Shown here: positions 19,782 through 28,523 of the stretch, piece after piece
Layout of the letters: each line of letters begins with the position of its first letter
How positions within the stretch are numbered: position 1 is the stretch's first letter
Assembly: GCA_017612805.1 (NCBI GenBank)
Contig: JAGAFD010000008.1
Location: 41,413 to 105,412, forward strand
Source: Bacilli bacterium
Lineage (GTDB): Bacteria; Bacillota_I; Bacilli_A; RF39; UBA660
DNA: 64,000 bases
Reading direction: 5' to 3'
Notes under the pieces: generated by a model
The model's database searches: none
Seen by the model: only the letters and a program-made list of their open reading frames with translations
What the model was told of the DNA's origin: nothing
Made by a program: the position numbers and the translations under genes

Positions 19782-19943
19782 TATATTTAAATAAAAGATT
19801 GATTATTCAATCTTTTTTTGATACAATAAATCTGGCTTTAAAAAAGCAAATAAGCATGTTTATTGAGTTTACTGGCGAGTGCCGAAGAGGTGTTAGTAAA
19901 TGTTGATGTAAGCAGGTGATAAAAACGAAGGAGGGATTTTTTT

Positions 19944-20906
19944 ATGGCCGTTGTTTCTATGAGTTATTTATTAGAAGCAGGAGTTCAATTTGGTCATCAA
20001 ACCAAAAGATGGAATCCAAAAATGAAGGAGTATATTTTTACTTCAAGAGATGATATTTATATTATCGATTTACAAAAAACCCAAGATTTAATGGAAGTTG
20101 CTTATAATGCAATTAATGAAATTGCTAAAAATGGTGGTACTTTCTTATTTGTTGGTACAAAAAAACAAGCACAAGAAGTTGCTAAAGAAGAAGCTGAAAG
20201 AAGTAATTCATTCTACGTAACTGAAAGATGGTTAGGTGGAACATTAACTAACTTCAGAACTATTAGAAGTAGAGTTAAAAGATTAGAACAAATCGAAGAA
20301 ATGGAAAAGAATGGTACTTTAGATCTTTTACCTAAAAAAGAAGCTATTGGATTAAAGAAAGAATACGATAAATTAAATAAAGTTTTATGTGGTATTCGTG
20401 GAATGGTTAAATTACCTCAAGCATTAATTATCGTTGATCCTAAGAAGGAAATTAATGCCATCCGTGAAGCACGTAAATTAAATATACCAGTATTTGGATT
20501 AGTTGATACTAACTGTGATCCAGATGACGTTGATTATGTAATTCCTGGTAATGATGATGCTGTTCGTTCAGTAAAAGTTATTTTAGGTGTTTTAGCTAAC
20601 GCTATTTGTGAACCTAATGGTTTAGAAATCGTTGATTATATTACTGAAGATGATAAAACAACTGAAAAAGAAGTAAAAGCTGAAAAAACTGAAAAAGTTG
20701 CTGAAGAAAAAGTTGTTGAAGAAAAAGCTGAAGTAAAAGAAGAAGTTAAAGAAGAAAAACCTAAAAAAGAAACTAAAAAAGAAGCAAAAACTGTAGATTA
20801 TGCTGCTATGAATTTAACTGAATTAAAAGCTTTATGTAAAGAACAAGGAATTAAAGGTTATTCATCTTTAAAGAAAGATGAAATCATTGCATTATTAAAT
20901 AAATAA
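19944..20906 (+). CDS. rpsB: 30S ribosomal protein S2 with a roughly 85-aa C-terminal extension
   Basis: [30 protein letters not shown] and [22 protein letters not shown] blocks. After about aa 235 comes a K/E-rich tail and a terminal helix-extended-helix motif. Confidence 0.95.
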   Translation: MAVVSMSYLLEAGVQFGHQTKRWNPKMKEYIFTSRDDIYIIDLQKTQDLMEVAYNAINEIAKNGGTFLFVGTKKQAQEVAKEEAERSNSFYVTERWLGGTLTNFRTIRSRVKRLEQIEEMEKNGTLDLLPKKEAIGLKKEYDKLNKVLCGIRGMVKLPQALIIVDPKKEINAIREARKLNIPVFGLVDTNCDPDDVDYVIPGNDDAVRSVKVILGVLANAICEPNGLEIVDYITEDDKTTEKEVKAEKTEKVAEEKVVEEKAEVKEEVKEEKPKKETKKEAKTVDYAAMNLTELKALCKEQGIKGYSSLKKDEIIALLNK

Positions 20907-20923
20907 GAAAGGATTATATAGAT

Positions 20924-21805
20924 ATGGAAATTACTGCATTAATGGTTAAAGAGCTTCGTGAAAAAACTGGAGCTGGAATGTTAGATTGTAAAAAAGCTTT
21001 AACTGAAGCTAATGGTGATATGGAAAAAGCTATTGATTGGTTAAGAGAAAAAGGTATCGCTAAAGCTGATAAAAAAGCTAGTCGTATTGCTGCTGAAGGT
21101 TTAGCACAAATCTTCATTGATGGTAATAAAGCAGTTGTTATTGAAGTAAATTCTGAAACTGATTTCGTTTCTAAGAATAGCGAATTTACTGATATGCTTA
21201 ATGCAATTGGTAATGCGGTTTTAAAATCTAATGCTACTACTTTAGAAGAAGCTTTAGAAGTTGAAACTGATGGCCAAGGTAAAGTTAGCGAATTAATCGT
21301 TAATAAAACAGCTAAGATTGGTGAAAAATTATCTTTCCGTAGAGTTGAAGTAGTTCAAAAAACTGATGAAGAAGTATTTGGTTCTTATTTACATATGGGT
21401 GGTAAGATTGCTACATTAATCGTTTGTGATGGAACTACTGAAGAAGTAGCTAAAGATGTTGCAATGCAAGCTGCTGCGATGAAACCACTTTACTTACAAG
21501 AAAGTGATGTACCTGAAGAAGAAGTAGCTCGTGAAAGAGAAGTATTGACTGAACAAGCTATGAATGAAGGTAAACCAAAAGAAATTGCTGAAAAAATGGT
21601 TGAAGGTCGTATTAAAAAATTCTTTAAAGAAATTTGTTTAGTAGATCAAGCATTTATTAAAGATGGTGACATCGATGTTAAAACTTACGTTAAAAACAAC
21701 GGTGGAACAGTTATTAAAATGGTTAGATACGAAGTAGGCGAAGGTATGGAAAAAAGAGAAGATAACTTTGCTGAAGAAGTAATGAATCAAGTAAACGGTA
21801 ATTAA
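20924..21805 (+). CDS. tsf: Elongation factor Ts
   Basis: N-terminal UBA-like domain ([34 protein letters not shown]) and an EF-Ts dimerisation core. Confidence 0.95.
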   Translation: MEITALMVKELREKTGAGMLDCKKALTEANGDMEKAIDWLREKGIAKADKKASRIAAEGLAQIFIDGNKAVVIEVNSETDFVSKNSEFTDMLNAIGNAVLKSNATTLEEALEVETDGQGKVSELIVNKTAKIGEKLSFRRVEVVQKTDEEVFGSYLHMGGKIATLIVCDGTTEEVAKDVAMQAAAMKPLYLQESDVPEEEVAREREVLTEQAMNEGKPKEIAEKMVEGRIKKFFKEICLVDQAFIKDGDIDVKTYVKNNGGTVIKMVRYEVGEGMEKREDNFAEEVMNQVNGN

Positions 21806-21900
21806 TTACCGTTTTTCTTTTTCGTAAATTTTACATAATTTGTAAAACTATTATTAAGATTAAGCTAAAATTTGATATAATAGATTTGTAGGTGATTTTT

Positions 21901-22491
21901 ATGAAGAAAGCAATCCGCTATGTAATTTATGTAATTTTATTTGCAGTTATTATCTTTTTATTTATTTATATTGGAACTTATGATTTTAAAAATAAGAATT
22001 TAAAAGATAATGATATTGTGGCATCAAAGTTTAGTTATATTAATAGTGATAACAAGTATTATATGGCTGATATTGGTGATATTAATAAGATTCTTGATGG
22101 ATCAGGAGCTATTTTACTTGCTAATCCAAGTAATGTGTGGGCAGATAAATATGCAAGTGTTTTAAATGAAGCGGCATTAAAAACAAATATTAAAAAAATA
22201 GCCGTATGTGATATAACGATTGATCGTATTCAAAATAGTAAAAAATATCAAAACTTATTAAAAAAACTTGATCAATATGTAATTTATGATGATTTAGGTA
22301 AAGGCCATATTTATATGCCAACATTTATTTTAGTTAAAGATAAAAAAATTATTTATATTGATAATGAAACATCACAAACTTTAAAAACTGATGCTGTTGA
22401 TACGTATTGGAGCGATGATGCTAAGAGTAATAAAATAAATATCTTTGTTGAAAAAATAAATGAATATTTAGAGGTTGATAGTAATGAATGA
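21901..22491 (+). CDS. N-terminally membrane-anchored hypothetical protein (196 aa)
   Basis: TGATATAAT promoter-like element and AGGTGA RBS. One TM segment and then a soluble domain. No family recognised. Confidence 0.5.
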   Translation: MKKAIRYVIYVILFAVIIFLFIYIGTYDFKNKNLKDNDIVASKFSYINSDNKYYMADIGDINKILDGSGAILLANPSNVWADKYASVLNEAALKTNIKKIAVCDITIDRIQNSKKYQNLLKKLDQYVIYDDLGKGHIYMPTFILVKDKKIIYIDNETSQTLKTDAVDTYWSDDAKSNKINIFVEKINEYLEVDSNE

Positions 22492-23245
22492 AGAAGGTAA
22501 GAGTAAAGTATTTTTTAGTTTATTCTTTATTGTAATTGTATTATTAGTTGGCGCTGGTACATATTTTTTATATTTTAATAAACCAACTAAAAAAGAAAAA
22601 ATCATTAATAGTGCTAATAAAGTAAAAGTTGATAAGAAAAAAGATTTTATATATTATGAAGGCGTTGATGTTTTATCAACGGAATTGGCTTTAATATATA
22701 AATATCCAGTTATTAACTTTAAAGGTGATGACATTAAAAAACTTAATGAGCAACTAAAAGCCGATGAAGAAGCTTTAAAAGATAAAGTAGTTAAATTAGA
22801 TAGTATTTCTGATGAAGAAAAAAGTAGGGCTTTATATACTGATGATAATATTTATAGTGCGGTTGTTCATGAATATAAAACTTATACTTATGATAAATAT
22901 TTAAGTTTAGTAGTTAGAGAATATACATATAATTGTACTGGAACACCAAGTTTAAATAAATTTAGTGCCTATGTATTTGATATAACAACTGGTACTTATT
23001 TAAAACAAAGCGAATTATTAAAAGAACGCGATGTTTTATTTAGTAAAATTCAAAGTGAAGTAAGAAATCATTTAACAAATAATCCAATAAATATTAATGA
23101 AGATGAAGAATTAGATATTGATAAAACTATTGCTGGTTTAAATGAAAGTGCAACGATATTCATTGATACCGATGGTTATATTAATGTAGAGTTTATTGCA
23201 AAAACGAATAATAGTAATTATAATGATAGTATAAAACTTAAATAA
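22484..23245 (+). CDS. N-terminally membrane-anchored hypothetical protein (253 aa), possibly DUF3298/DUF4163-like
   Basis: 8-nt overlap with the upstream gene. One TM segment. The segment LSLVVREYTYNCTGTPSLNKFSAYVFDITTGTYLKQSELL weakly recalls the RsiV/PdaC-type domain. Confidence 0.45.
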   Translation: MNEEGKSKVFFSLFFIVIVLLVGAGTYFLYFNKPTKKEKIINSANKVKVDKKKDFIYYEGVDVLSTELALIYKYPVINFKGDDIKKLNEQLKADEEALKDKVVKLDSISDEEKSRALYTDDNIYSAVVHEYKTYTYDKYLSLVVREYTYNCTGTPSLNKFSAYVFDITTGTYLKQSELLKERDVLFSKIQSEVRNHLTNNPININEDEELDIDKTIAGLNESATIFIDTDGYINVEFIAKTNNSNYNDSIKLK

Positions 23246-23255
23246 GGAGAAAGTT

Positions 23256-23798
23256 ATGGAATTTGATATTATTGATACAGAATTAAAGATGGATAAAGCT
23301 ATTGAAAACTTAGAAAGTAGATTAACAACAATTCGTGCTGGTCGTGCTAATCCGGCAATGTTAAATGGAATTATGGTTGAAGCTTATGGTGTTTTAAATC
23401 CAATAAATGCTTTAGCAAATATTTCCGTTGTTGATGCTCGTCAATTATTTATTAAACCTTTTGATAAATCAACAATGAAAGATATTGAAAAAGCGATCTT
23501 TGAAGCTAATTTAGGAATCAATCCAACAAATAATGGTGAAGTAGTTATTCTAACCGTTCCTGAATTAACTGAAGATAAACGAAGAGACTATGTAAAACAA
23601 GCTAAAACTATTGGCGAAGAAGCCAAAATTGCTTTACGTAATATTAGACAAGATGCTAATAATGTTATTAAGAAAATGGAATTGCCAGAAGATCAAGAAA
23701 AAGCTAATTTAGAAGATGTTCAAGAATTAATCAATAAATATAATGCAAAAGTTGATCAAATCATGAAAGATAAAGAAAACGAACTTATGGCAATATAA
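23256..23798 (+). CDS. frr: Ribosome recycling factor
   Basis: L..IR.GRANP.ML..I.VE.YG and LT.E.R...VK blocks. 180 aa. Confidence 0.92.
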   Translation: MEFDIIDTELKMDKAIENLESRLTTIRAGRANPAMLNGIMVEAYGVLNPINALANISVVDARQLFIKPFDKSTMKDIEKAIFEANLGINPTNNGEVVILTVPELTEDKRRDYVKQAKTIGEEAKIALRNIRQDANNVIKKMELPEDQEKANLEDVQELINKYNAKVDQIMKDKENELMAI

Positions 23799-23853
23799 GA
23801 TTGTGAAAATATTTATTATATGATAATATATTTTTAGGAAGGAAAGATGATTA

Positions 23854-24441
23854 ATGAGTTTATTAGGCGGAACAATTGCAACTATTTTAATAGTTGGTGG
23901 AATTGCTTTAGTAGCAATTATTGTATTATTAATTATTTTTGTAATTGGCATTTACAACAATATTGTTAAAGCAAAAATGAAAGTAGATAATCAATTTGCT
24001 CAAATTGATGTTCAATTAAAGAAACGTTTTGATTTAATTCCAAATATTGTTGAAACAGTTAAAGGTTATGCTAAACATGAATCTGAAACTTTAGAAAATG
24101 TTATTAAAGCTAGAAATACTTATTTAACTGCAACATCTCCAGAAGAAAAATTAGAAGCTAATAATCAAGTTACTCAAGCGATGAATAAGTTATTTGCTTT
24201 AGCTGAAAGTTATCCTGATTTAAAAGCTAATACTAACTACTTAGAATTACAAGACACTTTAAAAGAAACTGAAGATAAGATTGCATATGCTCGTCAATTC
24301 TATAACGATGCCGTTATGAAATACAATCGTTTAGTAATGACTATTCCAAGTAATATAGTAGCAATGATCTTTGGATTCAAAGCTATTAATTATTTAGAAG
24401 CTACATCTGAAGAAAGACAAAACGTAAAAGTACAATTCTAA
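23854..24441 (+). CDS. lemA: LemA-family membrane protein
   Basis: One N-terminal TM, then YNNIV..K..VDNQFAQIDVQLKRRFDLIPN.VETVKGYA.HE and YP.LKAN..Y..LQ..L..TE.KIA.AR..YN. Confidence 0.8.
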   Translation: MSLLGGTIATILIVGGIALVAIIVLLIIFVIGIYNNIVKAKMKVDNQFAQIDVQLKKRFDLIPNIVETVKGYAKHESETLENVIKARNTYLTATSPEEKLEANNQVTQAMNKLFALAESYPDLKANTNYLELQDTLKETEDKIAYARQFYNDAVMKYNRLVMTIPSNIVAMIFGFKAINYLEATSEERQNVKVQF

Positions 24442-24498
24442 TTGTACTTTTTTTCATATTATAAAATATTTTTCATAATAATTATTATGGAGGTTGTT

Positions 24499-25065
24499 AT
24501 GGAAAATATTATTAGTTTTAAAAAAGAGGTAAAGTTTAATACATTTATTTATGAAATAAATGATATTCACCTAGATTTAGATTATCAGGTAAATAATTAT
24601 GTAATTGATGGATTTTATATTATTAATGGTGATTATAAAGATAGTGAAATAAAAGTAGGCTTTGAACCATTTGATTATAAAATACCTTTTTCGATTGAAT
24701 TAGATAATAATATTGTACTAGATACATTAACTTTTAATATTGATGATTTTAATTATGAGTTTAAAGATAATATTTTGACTTTAAAAATTGATAATTTAAT
24801 TACTTATGAAGAATATGAAGAAGTAGAAGAAGATTTATTTAAAACCCCAGATGATGACTTAAGAGTAGACGAGGTTGATCTTGAAGAAAAGGTTATTGCG
24901 GATATTGAAGATGGCTTTATAACTTATAAAGTTCATGTAGTTAAAGAAAATGAAACTTTAGATGAAATTGCACTACTTTATAATGTATCCAAAAGTACCA
25001 TTCTACTTTATAACAAAGATGAATTTAAGAGTGGAATAAAGTTAATTATTCCAAATGAAGAGTAG
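24499..25065 (+). CDS. LysM-domain protein with SpoVID/SipL-like architecture
   Basis: GGAGG RBS before ATG 24499. An N-terminal beta-rich domain, an acidic linker (EEYEEVEEDLF) and a C-terminal LysM (YKVHVVKENETLDEIALLYNVSKSTILLYN). It is followed by a CotS/YsxE-like gene, as spoVID-ysxE is arranged in B. subtilis. Confidence 0.5.
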   Translation: MENIISFKKEVKFNTFIYEINDIHLDLDYQVNNYVIDGFYIINGDYKDSEIKVGFEPFDYKIPFSIELDNNIVLDTLTFNIDDFNYEFKDNILTLKIDNLITYEEYEEVEEDLFKTPDDDLRVDEVDLEEKVIADIEDGFITYKVHVVKENETLDEIALLYNVSKSTILLYNKDEFKSGIKLIIPNEE

Positions 25066-25873
25066 ATTAGCATACATTGGTAATGTTAAAGTAAAAAATA
25101 ATGAAGTATATAAAAAAAGTAATCAAAAAGTAATTGATTTAATTAATTATTTAGATAATAAAGGCTTTAATTATCTACCAAATTATCGTTTTAATAATGA
25201 TTTTATTACTTATGATTATATTGATGATTTAGCAATATCAAATGAAGAGAAAGCTTTAGAATTAATTAAAACGTTAGCAATATTGCATCATAAAACGAGT
25301 TATTATAAAGAAATTACGCAAGAAGATATTAGAAGGATCTATGATAAATATCAAAATCATTTAAAATATTATTTAATTTATTTTAAGAATTATTTTGATA
25401 AAAAAATTGATAATGAATTTTATCAACCTGACGAATTATTACTATTAAATAATTATACAATCATTAATGATTATTTAAATTTAGGTTTATCATATTTAGA
25501 AGAGTGGTTTAATAAAGTAAGTAAACTTAATAGTGTTCGTTTATCCTTAATTCATAATAATGTTAATTTGGAGCATTTAATAATTAATCAAAATAACTAT
25601 TTAATTAGCTATGATCATGCTATGTTTGATTTATCAATTATTGATTTAGTATTATTTTATGTTAAATATTATGATCAATTTGATTTTATAAAGTTATTTC
25701 TTGAATATCAAAATATTGATCATTTAGAACCAGAAGAAATCTTATTATTAAAAGTATTATTAATCATTAATTTTAAATATGAAGATGATTTAGATATCTT
25801 AGGTAATACGAAACAAAATACAATCTTTATATCTTATTTAAATCGGGTTTTAAAAATAATAAAGACATTTTAA
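25055..25873 (+). CDS. CotS/YsxE-family kinase-fold protein, probably non-catalytic
   Basis: Phosphotransferase-fold order: ...LAILHHKT..., LIHNNVNLEHLII in place of HGDxxxxN, then LISYDHAMFD. Overlaps the upstream LysM gene by 11 nt. Confidence 0.55.
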   Translation: MKSRLAYIGNVKVKNNEVYKKSNQKVIDLINYLDNKGFNYLPNYRFNNDFITYDYIDDLAISNEEKALELIKTLAILHHKTSYYKEITQEDIRRIYDKYQNHLKYYLIYFKNYFDKKIDNEFYQPDELLLLNNYTIINDYLNLGLSYLEEWFNKVSKLNSVRLSLIHNNVNLEHLIINQNNYLISYDHAMFDLSIIDLVLFYVKYYDQFDFIKLFLEYQNIDHLEPEEILLLKVLLIINFKYEDDLDILGNTKQNTIFISYLNRVLKIIKTF

Positions 25874-25893
25874 ATGTCTTTTTTTAATTAGTG

Positions 25894-25902
25894 TGTTATA
25901 AT
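25894..25902 (+). promoter_or_regulatory. Extended -10 promoter element (TGTTATAAT)
   Basis: TGtTATAAT lies 22 nt upstream of ATG 25924, directly after the terminator hairpin at 25861-25882. The same nonamer precedes several other genes, for example at 60590-60598. Confidence 0.4.
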
Positions 25903-25923
25903 AATTGTGAAAGTAGGATAGCT

Positions 25924-27669
25924 ATGAATAAGAAGGGCTTTATGTTTGCTGAAACAATCATTGTTATAACGGTTTTAATCACGGCATTATTATTGATATA
26001 TGCTTCTTTTATTAATGTCTTAAATAATGAGAAAAAACGTGTTTATTATGATGATGTAGCTTATATATATCGAACTATTTATTTAAAAGACTTTTTTGAA
26101 AAGAATAATACAGCCGTTTTATTTGAAGGGGTTAATGAATCGGGTATTATTCGTTTTAATTGCGGCTATCAAGGATTTATTGATGATTATGGAGTATCTG
26201 GAGTTAATACTTCAGCTTTCTGTGAGTCATTATTATCTTCATTACATGTCGATAATTTATATATGACTAATTATAATATTAGTGACTATAAGAGTTGTCC
26301 AAACTTTGTTGATCATCATACTACTTTAACGGTTTCGGCTATGTGTCGTCGTTTGGAAAATATGATGGATGATAATACTTATGGATATTTAAAAACGTTA
26401 CGTAGTTATGGTGATGATAGTAAAGCAATTTTAGGTTATCGTATTATTGCAGTTTATAAAAATACGGTTTTAAATAAACAATTATGTGCTGGAACTAATT
26501 GTCAAGAACAAACTTATGTTGAGAATTACTTTGGTTCATTAAAAGTTAATGAAATTCATGCCGAAAATAAAGTTAAAAACGTTGTTGTAAATATTACTAA
26601 TGGTTCAACGGCGGTTAAAGATATTAATATTGTTGCTGGTCGTAAGTTACAAATGAGTGTTTCAGCTAGTAGTGGATACAAAACGTCTAATGCTGCAATA
26701 TCTTGTACGAATGGTCAAACGGGAACGATTTCTAGTGATGGTAAATATTTTGTTATCAATAAAGTTACGAATAATTCTGTTTGTACGGTGGTATTCCCAC
26801 CAACATGCTCAACTGCATTAAATACTACTTGGGATTTTAGTTATACGGGAGCATCACAAACTTTTACGGCACCTTGTCGTGGATCTTATCAAATTGATTT
26901 ATATGGTGCTCAAGGTGGTAATTCTGGTGGTAAGGGTGCTTATACAACCGGAACAATTAATATTGATGCTAATCAAAAATTCTATTTATTTATTGGCGGA
27001 ACCAATGGCTATAATGGTGGTGCTGCGGGTGGTATTTATCAATATGATAGTAGCGGTGGTGGAGCGTCTGATGTTCGTTTAGCTAACGATATTAATAATT
27101 TAAACTCTCGTATCATGGTTGCTGCTGGTGGCGGTGGAGCTTTAATTAATGGCTCACTAAAAGCCGGTGGTGGTAATGGTGGTGCAGTATACGGTGGTAG
27201 TGGCGGTATTAAATTCTATGATAATGGTTGCGGTACCGAATATGTTATGTGTACGGCATGTGACTCTACTTCGCTTGGTGATATTACTTGTGCTTCTGGT
27301 GATGATTGTGGTTGCATTTCCCGTAAAAATGCTGGTGGAAATCAAAGTAAAGGCGGAAACGGAGTTCACTTTATGAAATATAAAGCGGCTAATACTTACA
27401 CGTTATCATCTTCAGCTGATGGTAAATTTGGTTTTGGTGGCAGTCCAGGTGGTGGCGGTGGCTTCTACGGTGGCGGTGGAGCAATTATCGCAGGTAATGT
27501 TTATTATGGCGCTGCCGGAGGATCATCTTGTATTAATGGTAGTTTAAATGTTATTGAAAACCAAGTTGATTGTTCAACTAATACTTTTAAATTTAATGAT
27601 ATTACCCTTACTGCTGGTAATAATACCGGAAATGGTAAGGCAACAATTAAATTAATTAGTTCTTATTAA
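25924..27669 (+). CDS. Type IV prepilin-leader protein with a divergent InlB B-repeat-like module and a large glycine-rich C-terminal domain
   Basis: MNKKG|FMFAETIIVITVLITALLL has Gly at -1, Glu at +5 and a hydrophobic helix. The middle module ends NSVCTVVF. The C-terminal half carries FSYTGASQTFTAP..GSYQIDLYGAQGGNSGGKGAY, FYLFIGG, GGGASDVRL and RIMVAAGGGGA, as in bacterial glycine-rich domain proteins. Confidence 0.7.
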   Translation: MNKKGFMFAETIIVITVLITALLLIYASFINVLNNEKKRVYYDDVAYIYRTIYLKDFFEKNNTAVLFEGVNESGIIRFNCGYQGFIDDYGVSGVNTSAFCESLLSSLHVDNLYMTNYNISDYKSCPNFVDHHTTLTVSAMCRRLENMMDDNTYGYLKTLRSYGDDSKAILGYRIIAVYKNTVLNKQLCAGTNCQEQTYVENYFGSLKVNEIHAENKVKNVVVNITNGSTAVKDINIVAGRKLQMSVSASSGYKTSNAAISCTNGQTGTISSDGKYFVINKVTNNSVCTVVFPPTCSTALNTTWDFSYTGASQTFTAPCRGSYQIDLYGAQGGNSGGKGAYTTGTINIDANQKFYLFIGGTNGYNGGAAGGIYQYDSSGGGASDVRLANDINNLNSRIMVAAGGGGALINGSLKAGGGNGGAVYGGSGGIKFYDNGCGTEYVMCTACDSTSLGDITCASGDDCGCISRKNAGGNQSKGGNGVHFMKYKAANTYTLSSSADGKFGFGGSPGGGGGFYGGGGAIIAGNVYYGAAGGSSCINGSLNVIENQVDCSTNTFKFNDITLTAGNNTGNGKATIKLISSY

Positions 27670-27845
27670 AAAGGCCATAAGATTTTATATAAACAAACAA
27701 TTAATAAAAATACTTCAATTAACAAAACAATGATATTGAAGCGAAAAGGAAGAATAAGGGTTATTATAGCTTGGTAAAAGATTAGCATAACTAGTAAGCC
27801 AGCTAGTATTACCGTAAAGAAACCCTTGGGACGGTTTTGATACAT
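27666..27845 (-). CDS. Small two-TM hydrophobic protein (59 aa), absent from the ORF track
   Basis: AGGTGAT RBS lies 4 nt before the ATG (complement of 27843-27845). Sequence: MYQNRPKGFFTVILAGLLVMLIFYQAIITLILPFRFNIIVLLIEVFLLIVCLYKILWPF. Its stop overlaps the stop of the convergent pilin-like gene. Confidence 0.45.
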   Translation of the reverse strand: MYQNRPKGFFTVILAGLLVMLIFYQAIITLILPFRFNIIVLLIEVFLLIVCLYKILWPF

Positions 27846-27905
27846 ATAATCACCTATGATATTATATGTATCATCAAAAAAGATAATTACGAAAGAAGGT
27901 AAGTT

Positions 27906-28523
27906 ATGAATAATAAAGGTATGACACTAGCGGAAATTATTGTTAGTGTGGCTTTAATTTCGATCGTTTTAATATTCTTAATGAAATTACTTACAACCTT
28001 ACGTTATGATGAGAATTTTACTAATTATGAAAAGAATAATGCAATTAATCGTTCTGAAATAATTAAAGCAGTGCAAACGGATTTAATGACTTATCAATTA
28101 TTTGATTTAAAAGATGAATCAAATTCAGTATCTGGTACTGGTAAAGCAGTATTACACTTTGTTTATGCTGATACTGATCGTACTAATCGTTATTTGGTAA
28201 TTGAAAGTGCTAAGATATCTTATTGTGCAACTACCAGTTGTAATGGGGCAAATGATCGCATTTGGGTTTTAAATAAGAGTAAAGCGGATGTTACTTACGT
28301 AACAGATTGTATTAAATATGATTATGATATAACTACTAGTAGTCAATATTATTGGTTAAAATTGGTGGTTAAACTAGATAGTAAAGGCGCCGTTGATAAT
28401 ACTATTGATGATATTGAAATCTTCTATTTAGGGGAAAAAGGAGCCGACTTTAATAATTCCCATATTCCACAACCAAGTGATTTATATTTGGGTAAACATA
28501 CTAGTGGCGCATGCACAAATTAA
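27906..28523 (+). CDS. Type IV prepilin-leader (pseudopilin-like) protein, 205 aa
   Basis: MNNKG|MTLAEIIVSVALISIVLIFL (Gly -1, Glu +5), followed by a small Cys-containing globular domain. GAAGG RBS. Confidence 0.65.
   Translation: MNNKGMTLAEIIVSVALISIVLIFLMKLLTTLRYDENFTNYEKNNAINRSEIIKAVQTDLMTYQLFDLKDESNSVSGTGKAVLHFVYADTDRTNRYLVIESAKISYCATTSCNGANDRIWVLNKSKADVTYVTDCIKYDYDITTSSQYYWLKLVVKLDSKGAVDNTIDDIEIFYLGEKGADFNNSHIPQPSDLYLGKHTSGACTN

Noticed and set aside
26879-27376. Three 67-70-aa ORFs in alternative frames or on the opposite strand inside the glycine-rich region.
   Set aside because: They are artefacts of GGT/GGC-rich repetitive coding sequence, and the main frame carries coherent family motifs.
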